In this document: positions 16,039 to 24,670 of the stretch, piece by piece
Position numbering within the stretch: the first letter of the stretch is position 1
How the letters are laid out: each line of letters starts with the position of its first letter
Assembly (NCBI GenBank): GCA_963662715.1
Contig: OY759724.1
Coordinates: 1,290,001-1,322,000, forward strand
Length of the DNA stretch: 32,000 nt
Reading direction: 5' to 3'
Source: Candidatus Omnitrophota bacterium
GTDB taxonomy: Bacteria; Omnitrophota; Gorgyraeia; Zapsychrales; JANLHA01
Translations under genes and position numbers: made by a program
The notes under the pieces: model-generated
What the model was told of the DNA's origin: nothing
Database searches by the model: none
What the model saw: only the letters and a program-made list of their open reading frames with translations

Positions 16039-16386
16039 TTACGCCTGCTCCAGGAAAAGCTGGTCCCCCTTTGCTGTGCGAGAAGAATCGATCACTCCGA
16101 CAGGAAGTTCTATGGCCTTTTGTGCGGTAATATAGTAAGGGCTCATACGGAATGGCTTAATATTCCGAACTACTCCGACAACAACGTTTCGCTTGTTTAC
16201 AAAAATAACATCTATAGAAAAACGCATAAAAAACATGTGGATCGACCGGCACTGTGTAATAATCAATGCTTCCTGAGATTCTATAGAAGTCCGGTTCAAT
16301 AACCCAACAAGTCTTGATACAGCCGTATCGGCAAGATCTGCCTTTTCAGCAATAATAGTATTTTTGGTCTGATTGATTATCTTCAC
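16039..16386 (-). CDS. DUF192 (COG1430) family protein
   Basis: 115 aa. CRSIHMFFMRFSIDVIFVNKRNVVVGV...AIELPVG matches the DUF192 core pattern (IHTFFMRFPLDVvFld). The start is 4 nt after the tadZ-tadA stop. Confidence 0.75.
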   Translation of the reverse strand: MKIINQTKNTIIAEKADLADTAVSRLVGLLNRTSIESQEALIITQCRSIHMFFMRFSIDVIFVNKRNVVVGVVRNIKPFRMSPYYITAQKAIELPVGVIDSSRTAKGDQLFLEQA

Positions 16387-16390
16387 GCGA

Positions 16391-18547
16391 TTAGGAAGGT
16401 TTTGTAAAGATCGTCTTATCTATGGAGAGGCCCATAGTTATAAAATCGTTAAAACTTTGCGGAGTATATCCCGTAGCTTCGTATTCCCCAACAATGATTC
16501 CGTTTTCATCGATGCCTTTTTGGTTAAAAATAAAAATATCCCGCAAATCAAGAGCGTGTTCAATCGTCAAACCAACAACTTCTGTGATCCCGGTAATTTT
16601 CCTTGAACCGTCAGAAAATCTGGCAACATGAACAATAAGATCAATGGCTGAAGAGATCATTTCATTAATGGCCCGAACCGGCAATTCAATTCCGCTCAAC
16701 AAGATCATTGAGCTCATGCGGACGAGAACGTCACGCGTGGAGTTGGCATGCAATGTTGTCATAGATCCGTCATGCCCCGTATTCATGGCCTGTAACATAT
16801 CAAGAACTTCCGGCCCGCGACATTCACCAATGATAATACGATCAGGCCGCATACGAAGAGAGTTGATAAAAAGATCCCGGATGGAAACGGCTCCTTTGCC
16901 TTCAATGTTGGTCGGTCGTGACTCCAGCCGTCCCCAATGGCTTTTTTTCAGCCTTAATTCAGCGGCGTCTTCTATGGTAATAATTCTTTCATTGTCCGGA
17001 ATGAACTGAGAAATAACATTAAGCAAGGTCGTTTTTCCAGAACCGGTTCCTCCGGAAACTATAATATTTTTTCTGGCAAGAACGCTGGCCTGCAAAAACT
17101 CCCTCATGGTCTTGGTAAAACTGCGGTATCTTTGCTCCAGGTCTTCCACGTCCAAGCGTTCAGCGCCAAATTTACGAATCGTAATCATCGGCCCGTTTAA
17201 TGAAAGAGGAGGGATGATAGCATTGAAACGGGAACCGTCGGGAAGACGGGCGTCCACCATCGGGGTGGATTCGTCAATTCGGCGTCCGAGCGGGGCGATA
17301 ATACGGTCAATAATGGCTCTCATTTGTTGTTCGGAAACGAATTTCTTATTTGTATAAATAAGCTTCCCGTGTTTTTCAATATACAGTTCATCCTTATTGT
17401 TAGCCATGATGTCGGAAACATCCGGATCCGCTAAAAATTCTTCAAGGGCCCCGAGCCCCAAAGCCTCGTCAACAATTTCTTTTACTAATCGCCGTCTTTC
17501 CTCGTGGGAAGAGATCATCGCGCCTTTTTCTTCTATCAATAAATTGCTGACAATCTTTCTTGCGTCGTCCTTCAGTTCCGCGGCTTTAATGGGGTCGCTT
17601 AGGTTGTCCGGGCTCAAATCTTCAATATTAAGACGGCCGACCAGTTTTTCATGTATTCTTCTTTTAAGAGAAATAATCTCGTCTTCTTCCTTTTCAAAAA
17701 CACCGCCCGGAAGATATTGCGGCGTGATGCCAAATTTTTCCCAAAACTTTCCTGGCTTATCTAATCCTTCTGTTGTTCTTTCCCGCTCAATTTCAAAAGC
17801 TTGAACAAAAAGATCCTCTTTCTTCAAATCATTGACCATGCGGTTAAACGCATCTGTAACCTGACTTTTGGGAGAATCGATAACGACCGGGACGCCCCGA
17901 TTCAAGGCCATACCCACGGCACGGCCGTCAGAAGGGATACGTGAAAATATCTCACAGGCTAACGCTGACCGGACTTCCTGCCAGGCAACGCCGCCGCGAC
18001 TCTCCGACCGGTTAAGAACCAGCTTAACCATTTTAAGAGGAAAATGAAGGCTTTGCAGCATTTCTAAACACCATTTCACCTGATAAACAGCCAAAACATC
18101 CGGAGTGGCCACTAAAAAGATCACGTTAGAGTGATCCAGAACGGTTAACATTGTTTCGCTAAAAGATTTTCCGACATCAACAATAACAAAGTCGTAGACT
18201 TGCCCGACTTTTCTAAAAAACGGCTTGATGTTATCAGAGGAGACATGACCAACTTGTTTTGTGTGAAGCACTCCCGGAAGAAAATCCAACCCGCTTGAAT
18301 GCGAGCTTACATATTTTTTTATAACACCGGCTTCTTCGCTTTTTTCAATTTCAGCCAAAAGATCCACCAAGCCATGCCTGGGGGCAAGATTCAACATCCG
18401 GGCCATGTCGTGCGCCGCCTGAAAATCCATATCAAGCAACAGAACTCTTTTTCCAGATAAAGCAAGAACCGTGGCCATATTAACAGAAACAAAGGTTTTC
18501 CCAACACCACCTTTATTGCTAAAGACTGTAATGATTTTTGAACTCAT
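16391..18547 (-). CDS. tadA: Fused TadZ/CpaE-like (MinD/ParA-type) ATPase domain and TadA/CpaF secretion ATPase (718 aa)
   Basis: aa 1-~255: VFSNKGGVGKTFVSVNMATVLALSGKRVLLLDMDFQ...YDFVIVDVG...VLNRSE (deviant Walker A, CpaE/TadZ-type). aa ~300-718: CpaF-type domain with LGLGALEEFLADPDVSDIMAN, ARLPDGSRFNAIIPPLS, Walker A VSGGTGSGKTTLLN, IITIEDAAEL, RPDRIIIGECRG and GHDGSMTTLHAN. Confidence 0.92.
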   Translation of the reverse strand: MSSKIITVFSNKGGVGKTFVSVNMATVLALSGKRVLLLDMDFQAAHDMARMLNLAPRHGLVDLLAEIEKSEEAGVIKKYVSSHSSGLDFLPGVLHTKQVGHVSSDNIKPFFRKVGQVYDFVIVDVGKSFSETMLTVLDHSNVIFLVATPDVLAVYQVKWCLEMLQSLHFPLKMVKLVLNRSESRGGVAWQEVRSALACEIFSRIPSDGRAVGMALNRGVPVVIDSPKSQVTDAFNRMVNDLKKEDLFVQAFEIERERTTEGLDKPGKFWEKFGITPQYLPGGVFEKEEDEIISLKRRIHEKLVGRLNIEDLSPDNLSDPIKAAELKDDARKIVSNLLIEEKGAMISSHEERRRLVKEIVDEALGLGALEEFLADPDVSDIMANNKDELYIEKHGKLIYTNKKFVSEQQMRAIIDRIIAPLGRRIDESTPMVDARLPDGSRFNAIIPPLSLNGPMITIRKFGAERLDVEDLEQRYRSFTKTMREFLQASVLARKNIIVSGGTGSGKTTLLNVISQFIPDNERIITIEDAAELRLKKSHWGRLESRPTNIEGKGAVSIRDLFINSLRMRPDRIIIGECRGPEVLDMLQAMNTGHDGSMTTLHANSTRDVLVRMSSMILLSGIELPVRAINEMISSAIDLIVHVARFSDGSRKITGITEVVGLTIEHALDLRDIFIFNQKGIDENGIIVGEYEATGYTPQSFNDFITMGLSIDKTIFTKPS

Positions 18548-18604
18548 AGAATACCTATTAATAATATTAATATGAAGAGTTAATCCGTTAAACTAATAGT
18601 CTTT

Positions 18605-18633
18605 AGTATACAAATGAAACTTGTTTTTGGCAA
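18605..18633 (-). promoter_or_regulatory. Candidate sigma70-type promoter for the tadZ-tadA/DUF192 unit
   Basis: The minus strand reads TTGCCA (18633-18628), 17 nt, TATACT (18610-18605), in the 190-bp spacer after the secretin gene. Confidence 0.4.
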
Positions 18634-18739
18634 GAATTCTTTGGCAGGAAATCTATTTTAGCCTCTTAGGGCACAATTATCTTTTCATTCAACGCTTAAA
18701 CGGCTGTCAGTTCAATAATATACAATCAAAAACAAGGCG

Positions 18740-20776
18740 CTATTCTTCTGTTCCTTCCAACGAAGCCTCTTGACTATATACAATAGGTATCGTCACAACT
18801 AACTCTTCGAGATCAAGATCCGGAGGGAAAGAAGAAAATGGCGCTAAAATCCGGGCGGTATTAATGGCATCTTTATCAAAGGAATCAAAACCCGATGAAG
18901 ATTGAATTTTAGCATCATTGAGTGTGCCGTCATTTAGAATAGTCAGAGAAAGGACAACGGTCCCTTCCCACCCTTGTTCTTTGGCTTCCATTGGAAAAGA
19001 AATGGCCCGGGAAATCTTTTTCTGAATAACCTGAACATATTCAGAAATAATTTGAGACGTCCCCTCATCAACCACCGCCTCTTCCGCCTCGGCTGGCTCT
19101 GGAGCAGGTTCGGCAGTCTCCGCAACTTCCATCTCTTCCGGCATTTCCATCGGTTCTTCCATTTCCATGGCTTCTTCCTCGGAAACAGCCTCCCCGTATT
19201 CCTCTTCTCCTGCCGGCATTTCTTCTTCAACCGCAGGTTCTGTTTCTTCCGGTTGCTCTTCTTCCATAACAGGAGGAATGGTCTCCATCTCTTGGTTGGT
19301 TAATTCTTCCGGAAAATCCTGAACATCAAATTCTTCTTCTATTTTCTCCAAATCCTCTTCAAGGATGGCATCGATTTCATCTGAAATGGAATCAAGCTCT
19401 TCCGAAGACAATTCTTCCGTAGGATATTCTTTTTCCTCTTCAGCAGGAGGTAAAGCTTCTTTTTGTTCCTCGGCAAGATTTTCCTGATAAACTTCTTCCA
19501 TAATAGAGTACTTCTTTCGCACCTCTTCACTATCATAATCCATGTGTTTCTGGGTCACAATGCGCGGCGTTAAACTGATAACCACTTCCTGCTCGGTGTC
19601 TGTCGGCCAGTTCTTGTCGCGGAACAAAAATCCGATGATCGGAATTCGGCGCAAAAAAGGAACCCCAACTACTGTTTCGGCTTTGTTCTGTTTAATTAAT
19701 CCGGCCAGAACAATGGTTTGCCCGTCATTCAAAATCAACTTGGTTGATGCTGTTCTTGTCGTAAAAGCCACATCCTCTCCCACGGCATTTGAAGCATCAA
19801 TATCACGAATAGTCGTTGTCAATTCAAGAGCTATTTTAGATCCTTTTATATCAGGAGTAACGTCGATATCAATACCGTAAGAAGTATAGGAAATATTCTC
19901 TTGGACGCTTGACCCCCCTGACGCCGTTGTCGTGGTTCTTACGGGAATTTCACCTCCGACCAAAAGATTGGCCGACTCTCCGTTAGCTACAACAATACTT
20001 GGCTTTGACAGAATTCTTGCCTCCCCTTCCGCGATCAAGGCTGAGACAATCGTCTGTATGGCCGTAACTCTTTCAAAATCACCAATTTTAAACAAATCTT
20101 TTACGCTTCCGTCGAAAGTCGGCTGGGTTTCTTGATAGCTTAAAATTATCCCATCGGCACCCGTGTTCCAGTTAAAACCCAATGCTTTCTGTAACGTCGT
20201 ATTCAATTCGGAGACCTGAACATCAATCTGAATCAAGTCATTATCTTCATCAATATAGTTAAGAATATGCGATTTTATATCGGGAGAGGAGATTATGTCC
20301 TTAAATTTATCCGCCTTCTGCTCGAAGACCGATCCCGTTAACACAACTTTTCTTTCAAATATATTTTTATGCAAGTTGACAGTCGTTATTCCCACAGAGT
20401 CTAAAAGCGTCTGAATGCGCTTCATGATCAGATCCAGGTCCGCAGCTAAAACCCGGATAAAAACCTGTCTCTTTCCGTACTCATCCCAAATAAAAAGCTG
20501 GGTCTCTCCAACCCTTTGACCAACAATGAGCAACTCATCGATATCGGCATTCGCAATTTCAACAATACCAGGATTACTAATAGCAATTCTGGTCAATTGA
20601 TAAACTTTTAGCGAAATCAAATCCCCCTTATACAGGTAAACATCCGTATCTTCCGCAGAGTCAAAAACATCTTGGACCTGAGCGGAAACCGGTGTAAACA
20701 TGAACTGCGAAAAGACCAAACATAAAATTAAAATCCTGGTAAAAATAAATTGTTTATTGTTTATTAGTTTGTACAT
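18740..20776 (-). CDS. cpaC: CpaC/RcpA-type secretin fused to an acidic Glu/Pro-rich linker and a C-terminal TonB-type domain (678 aa)
   Basis: Signal peptide (ILILCLVFSQFMFTPVSAQ). Pilus N-terminal (BON-like) domain (RIAISNPGIVEIANADIDELLIVGQRVGETQLFIW). Secretin core (ILSKPSIVVANGESANLLVGGEIPV...LILNDGQTIVLAGLI...VPFLRRIPIIGFLFR). A ~165-aa E/P-rich low-complexity segment follows, then GWEGTVVLSLTILNDGTLNDAKIQSSSGFDSFDKDAINTARILAPF...LVVTIPIVY, which is the TonB C-terminal domain pattern. SD AAGGGAG. Confidence 0.9.
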   Translation of the reverse strand: MYKLINNKQFIFTRILILCLVFSQFMFTPVSAQVQDVFDSAEDTDVYLYKGDLISLKVYQLTRIAISNPGIVEIANADIDELLIVGQRVGETQLFIWDEYGKRQVFIRVLAADLDLIMKRIQTLLDSVGITTVNLHKNIFERKVVLTGSVFEQKADKFKDIISSPDIKSHILNYIDEDNDLIQIDVQVSELNTTLQKALGFNWNTGADGIILSYQETQPTFDGSVKDLFKIGDFERVTAIQTIVSALIAEGEARILSKPSIVVANGESANLLVGGEIPVRTTTTASGGSSVQENISYTSYGIDIDVTPDIKGSKIALELTTTIRDIDASNAVGEDVAFTTRTASTKLILNDGQTIVLAGLIKQNKAETVVGVPFLRRIPIIGFLFRDKNWPTDTEQEVVISLTPRIVTQKHMDYDSEEVRKKYSIMEEVYQENLAEEQKEALPPAEEEKEYPTEELSSEELDSISDEIDAILEEDLEKIEEEFDVQDFPEELTNQEMETIPPVMEEEQPEETEPAVEEEMPAGEEEYGEAVSEEEAMEMEEPMEMPEEMEVAETAEPAPEPAEAEEAVVDEGTSQIISEYVQVIQKKISRAISFPMEAKEQGWEGTVVLSLTILNDGTLNDAKIQSSSGFDSFDKDAINTARILAPFSSFPPDLDLEELVVTIPIVYSQEASLEGTEE

Positions 20777-20869
20777 ACAATCACTCCCTTGCCATCAGAA
20801 TAATTTATCCGAAAAACCTCTACGAAGACCAAAAAATCTTTCAGACCCCTTATAAGAAAACCCGTCTTA

Positions 20870-21673
20870 TTAGAGTGATTTGCCTCCCTGAAAGATTTGA
20901 ATAAAAGGCTTAACTTCCTCAGCTCTACCCGTAGAAACAGGCTGAATAACAGCCCGCTCCTTCGGAATAATTAATTCTGTACCTTGTTTTTCAAAAACGT
21001 AATCCGCCAAAGCGCTCCACGATGCCGCTTGAATAATTTCGGTTTCAGTTTCGGCTGGAGCGCGAAGAATAAGCTGCATTCTTCCGTGCTTTTCAATAAA
21101 GGACATCAAGCTCGCCTCTTCTGGTGTTAAGGCAAACGTAATATTCAAGGCTCTGGCGCTTTGTTGTTGTTCATACCCGCCCGGTGCCTGCAAATTGGTC
21201 CCGACAGCCAGTATTTGCACATTCTGAAAGACCATTGAAGAGACTTTTTGATCCGAACCGGAAACCGGATCCGGAATATTCATATGAGCGATAACATCAA
21301 TATAATCCCCCGGGTTCACCAAACCGCCGACCGCAGACAAAGAATCAATACGGACAGTATAGGCTCTTTTCCCTGCCGGAGTACGCAAGGCCAAAGAGGA
21401 CTTGGGAACCGCCGGCAATTCTGCGGGTTTCTGCTCCTGCACCTTAGTCGCCGTGGCTGCCTGCATGCTTGCGAGTTTTTGCATTTCTTTACGTAAAGAA
21501 TCAATTTCTCGCATCATGGGTTTGACTCTTTTATTTTCAAACTCCTGAGATATCTTGGCTGTTTCCTGATCAACTCTCGTTTGAACATAATGCCCGGTAC
21601 CAACGGAAGCCACAAGGCCAAGACCTATAGCCAAAATAATAATGGCTATTTGTTTTTTATTCTCTAAATTCAT
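20870..21673 (-). CDS. cpaB: CpaB/RcpC-family Flp pilus assembly protein
   Basis: 267 aa. N-terminal TM, a coiled-coil-like stretch, then KRAYTVRIDSLSAVGGLVNPGDYIDVIAH...VFQNVQILAVG (RcpC/CpaB C-terminal domain pattern). SD AGAGGAG. The start is 4 nt after the PPIase stop. Confidence 0.82.
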   Translation of the reverse strand: MNLENKKQIAIIILAIGLGLVASVGTGHYVQTRVDQETAKISQEFENKRVKPMMREIDSLRKEMQKLASMQAATATKVQEQKPAELPAVPKSSLALRTPAGKRAYTVRIDSLSAVGGLVNPGDYIDVIAHMNIPDPVSGSDQKVSSMVFQNVQILAVGTNLQAPGGYEQQQSARALNITFALTPEEASLMSFIEKHGRMQLILRAPAETETEIIQAASWSALADYVFEKQGTELIIPKERAVIQPVSTGRAEEVKPFIQIFQGGKSL

Positions 21674-21677
21674 TTCC

Positions 21678-22697
21678 CTACTCCTCTAATAAATTTAAGT
21701 TAACTTGTATATCCGTCTGCTGTCTCAGCTTATCTAAATGTTCTAAAATAGCCTGCTGTTGCTTAAGTAAAGTCAGTCCTCCAACAATATCTTCTTTTAT
21801 CTCCTCAAAAGCCTGCGCTTCTCCACCCTGTTTCTCTTCTAGCTTTATAATATAATAGCCTTCTGGCCCGGAAAAAACCCCGCTGACATTCCCGACGTCT
21901 AAGCTTTCGGCAACTTTCTGCATTGTCGGAAAATCAAATTTTGCTTTCAGCCCCAAATCTCCTTTTTGCCAAACAGAATTACTCTTCGATTTCTCTTTTA
22001 CTTTTTCAGCAAAATCAGCTCCCTGATAAAGCTCAACAAGAATCTGCTTGGCTTCCTCTTCCGTGTCAACGACAATCTCTCTAACGCGCCACTGGGCCTC
22101 CTCGGTAAAATCCTCTTTATTGGCCTCATAATATTCCTTGGCTTCTTCCTCTGTGACATCAATGTCTTTCGTCAACTTATTCGCCACTTCTCTCACTAAA
22201 AGAGTTTTTTTGAATTCCTCAACGGCTTTGACAATATCTTCATTCCCGGCCAGTCCGGTTTTAATGGCATCCTGAACAATTAGCTCTTGCCGAATCAATT
22301 CCTCTAATATCAACTTATTTTGATCTATATTTGTGGGATCATATTCAGGGACAACCTCTTTTAAAGCGGCCAACCTCTCTTTAAATTCTTCTACTGTTAT
22401 CGTCCAGCTGCCCACTTTTGCCAAAACATTTTCTGGTATTTTGGCTGCCGGGGCTGGCTCAGAGGCTTTAGGGGCTTCCGGTTTGGGGGTCGCCTTTTTT
22501 TCTTCTGTTTTTTTAGGCATAACAACGGCTTGAGCCGCAGCTGTTGGTTTTTGCATCGCGGCAGAGGAAGGAATCGGTTTTACTTTTTGATTTGATGAAT
22601 TATTTGTTTGTGAAGAAGAAAGCTTTTCACAACCAAAAGCAGATACAAATAAAAAAAACCCGACAACTATTGTCAATTTTTGTTTATTGAGCAACAT
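21678..22697 (-). CDS. Parvulin-type peptidyl-prolyl isomerase (PrsA/SurA-like), probable lipoprotein
   Basis: 339 aa. Signal with FVSAFGC. An Ala/Pro/Lys-rich linker, a SurA-like helical region, and a C-terminal parvulin-like segment (GDLGLKAKFDFPTMQKVAESLDVGNVSGVFSGPEGYYIIKLEEK). SD AAGGAGGAAAT. Confidence 0.78.
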   Translation of the reverse strand: MLLNKQKLTIVVGFFLFVSAFGCEKLSSSQTNNSSNQKVKPIPSSAAMQKPTAAAQAVVMPKKTEEKKATPKPEAPKASEPAPAAKIPENVLAKVGSWTITVEEFKERLAALKEVVPEYDPTNIDQNKLILEELIRQELIVQDAIKTGLAGNEDIVKAVEEFKKTLLVREVANKLTKDIDVTEEEAKEYYEANKEDFTEEAQWRVREIVVDTEEEAKQILVELYQGADFAEKVKEKSKSNSVWQKGDLGLKAKFDFPTMQKVAESLDVGNVSGVFSGPEGYYIIKLEEKQGGEAQAFEEIKEDIVGGLTLLKQQQAILEHLDKLRQQTDIQVNLNLLEE

Positions 22698-22730
22698 ATT
22701 TCCTCCTTAAGTTAAGGTGTTACAAATGTA

Positions 22731-22759
22731 AGTATAACCTTTGAAATATCAAAAAACAA
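22731..22759 (-). promoter_or_regulatory. Weak candidate promoter for the PPIase-cpaB-secretin unit
   Basis: The minus strand reads TTGTTT (22759-22754), 17 nt, TATACT (22736-22731). The -35 is poor. Confidence 0.3.
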
Positions 22760-22841
22760 GCACAAAGCCAAATTTTTTATTAAATTATCATATTTATTTA
22801 ATATTAATATTAATATTAGTAATATATAAAATTAAAATAAT

Positions 22842-23825
22842 TTAAAAGAAAATTTCTTCAACTTCGTTTCTTTCATTTAAAAGTTCTTTTTTTGTTATTT
22901 CAATTTTTTCTTGCGCAAAATCATTGTGTTTTATTCCCTGCACAATATTCCAGTTCTTCCCATCAAAATGGATTGGAAAACCAAAAATCAAACCTTCTTC
23001 AACGCCATAACTCCCGTCGGAAGAAACGGCAACAGAAAAAAATTCGCCTGTTTCTGTAGGATAAGTTAAGTTTTTTACTGTTTCAATAATCGCATTCGCT
23101 GCCGAAGCAGCGGAAGATTGTCCTCTCGCTTTGATAATCTCTGCCCCTCTTTTCTGTATTTTTTCAATATATTCATTTTTCAGCCAATCCGTATCAGATA
23201 TTACATCATTTATCGGCTGTCCTTGAATTGTCCCATGAAAAAAATCAGGAAACTGGGTTGATGAATGATTTCCCCAAGCAGCGATATTTTTGACATCATG
23301 AACCTCTACGCCTGCTTTAATGGCTGCCTGTGCCAAGGCTCTCTTCTGGTCAAGCATCATAAGTGCAAAAAAATTACAGGAAGGGAGGCCTTTAGCCGCG
23401 GTCTTTGCAATATAACAGTTAGTATTGCAAGGATTTCCAACAACAAGAACCTTGCAGGTTCTTTTGGCATACAAATCAAGCGCCTTGCCCTGGTCAATAA
23501 ATATACCCCCATTAATCTTCAACAAATCTGCCCTTTCCATGCCTGTTTTTCGGGGAACGCTTCCTGTCAGGATAGCCCAGTCAGCCTCCTCAAAAGCTTC
23601 CTGATAAGAAGAAGTCGCCGTAATCCTTTGTACATTCTCAAACGCACAATCCTGCAGTTCCATAACCACGCCTTCCAAAGCGGGTAGCGCTTTCTCAATT
23701 TCCAGCAAAGAAAGATGAAGTTTGGTGTCCGGGCCGAATATCTCACCGGAAGCCAGACGGAAAAGAAAGGCATACCCAATTTGCCCTGCTGCACCTGTTA
23801 CTGCTATTTTTAAACTTTTTGACAC
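22842..23825 (-). CDS. mdh: NAD-dependent malate dehydrogenase
   Basis: 327 aa. N-terminal Rossmann motif KIAVTGAAGQIGYAFLFRLASGEIFG. Also VGNPCNTNC and WGNHSSTQFPD, typical of the cytosolic-type MDH family. Confidence 0.92.
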   Translation of the reverse strand: MSKSLKIAVTGAAGQIGYAFLFRLASGEIFGPDTKLHLSLLEIEKALPALEGVVMELQDCAFENVQRITATSSYQEAFEEADWAILTGSVPRKTGMERADLLKINGGIFIDQGKALDLYAKRTCKVLVVGNPCNTNCYIAKTAAKGLPSCNFFALMMLDQKRALAQAAIKAGVEVHDVKNIAAWGNHSSTQFPDFFHGTIQGQPINDVISDTDWLKNEYIEKIQKRGAEIIKARGQSSAASAANAIIETVKNLTYPTETGEFFSVAVSSDGSYGVEEGLIFGFPIHFDGKNWNIVQGIKHNDFAQEKIEITKKELLNERNEVEEIFF

Positions 23826-23857
23826 GCTTTACACTCCCTTAATTATAGATTCTCTTA

Positions 23858-24670
23858 TTAATAGTGTTTTTTTTCCTTAATATACCCCGGAAACTTTTTG
23901 CGAAAAATTTCTATATCCTTCCTATTGATATCCGCCACAATAACTTCTTCTTGGGTCTCTGAAGCCGCGGCCAACACCTCTCCCCAGGGAGATATGATCA
24001 TGCTGCGGCCATAACACGTTATGCCCCTTTCATCCGTTCCCGTCTGGTTGGGCGCTAAAACGTAACTCAAAGTCTCAATGGCCCTGGCTTTAAGCAAGGC
24101 CTCCCAATGATATTGACCTGTCGAAGCGGTGAAGGCCGAAGGAACGCAAAAAACAGAACATCCCTTTTTAACATAATATTGATACAGATCCGGGAAACGA
24201 AGGTCGAAGCATACGCTTAGCCCCAAGGAAAAGGAATGCACTCTGGCTATGGCCTTTTTTCTGCCTGGAATAAAATGCCTGCTTTCTTTGATCGATGCCC
24301 TTCCCAATTCGGCATGAAACAAATGGATCTTTCTGTACCTGGCGCAGATTTCTCCTCTCCGATTAATCAAAACCGAAGTGTTATATGCTTTTTGAGGCGT
24401 TCGGCTTTTTTCATAAATGGACCCGGCCAAAATTGTTACGCCTTGTTTTTTGGCAAATTCCATTAAAGGAAGGGTTGAGGGCCCCGGAATTTTCTCAAAA
24501 ACATTTTCCTTTCTTTTTTTATCATTCAACCCTCCCCGAAAATTATACACTTCGGGAAGCAGAATCAAGTCAGCGTTTCTTCTTAATGCCTCGTCGAGAA
24601 AAACAAAAGCTTTCCGGAGGTTTTGTTGTTTGTCTGCTTGCGAATTTAATTGAATAACCGCTGCGCGCAT
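23858..24670 (-). CDS. Carbon-nitrogen hydrolase (nitrilase superfamily) protein
   Basis: 270 aa. Glu-Lys-Cys triad contexts: LILLPEVYNF, YRKIHLF, LSVCFDLRFPDLY. Confidence 0.85.
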   Translation of the reverse strand: MRAAVIQLNSQADKQQNLRKAFVFLDEALRRNADLILLPEVYNFRGGLNDKKRKENVFEKIPGPSTLPLMEFAKKQGVTILAGSIYEKSRTPQKAYNTSVLINRRGEICARYRKIHLFHAELGRASIKESRHFIPGRKKAIARVHSFSLGLSVCFDLRFPDLYQYYVKKGCSVFCVPSAFTASTGQYHWEALLKARAIETLSYVLAPNQTGTDERGITCYGRSMIISPWGEVLAAASETQEEVIVADINRKDIEIFRKKFPGYIKEKKHY

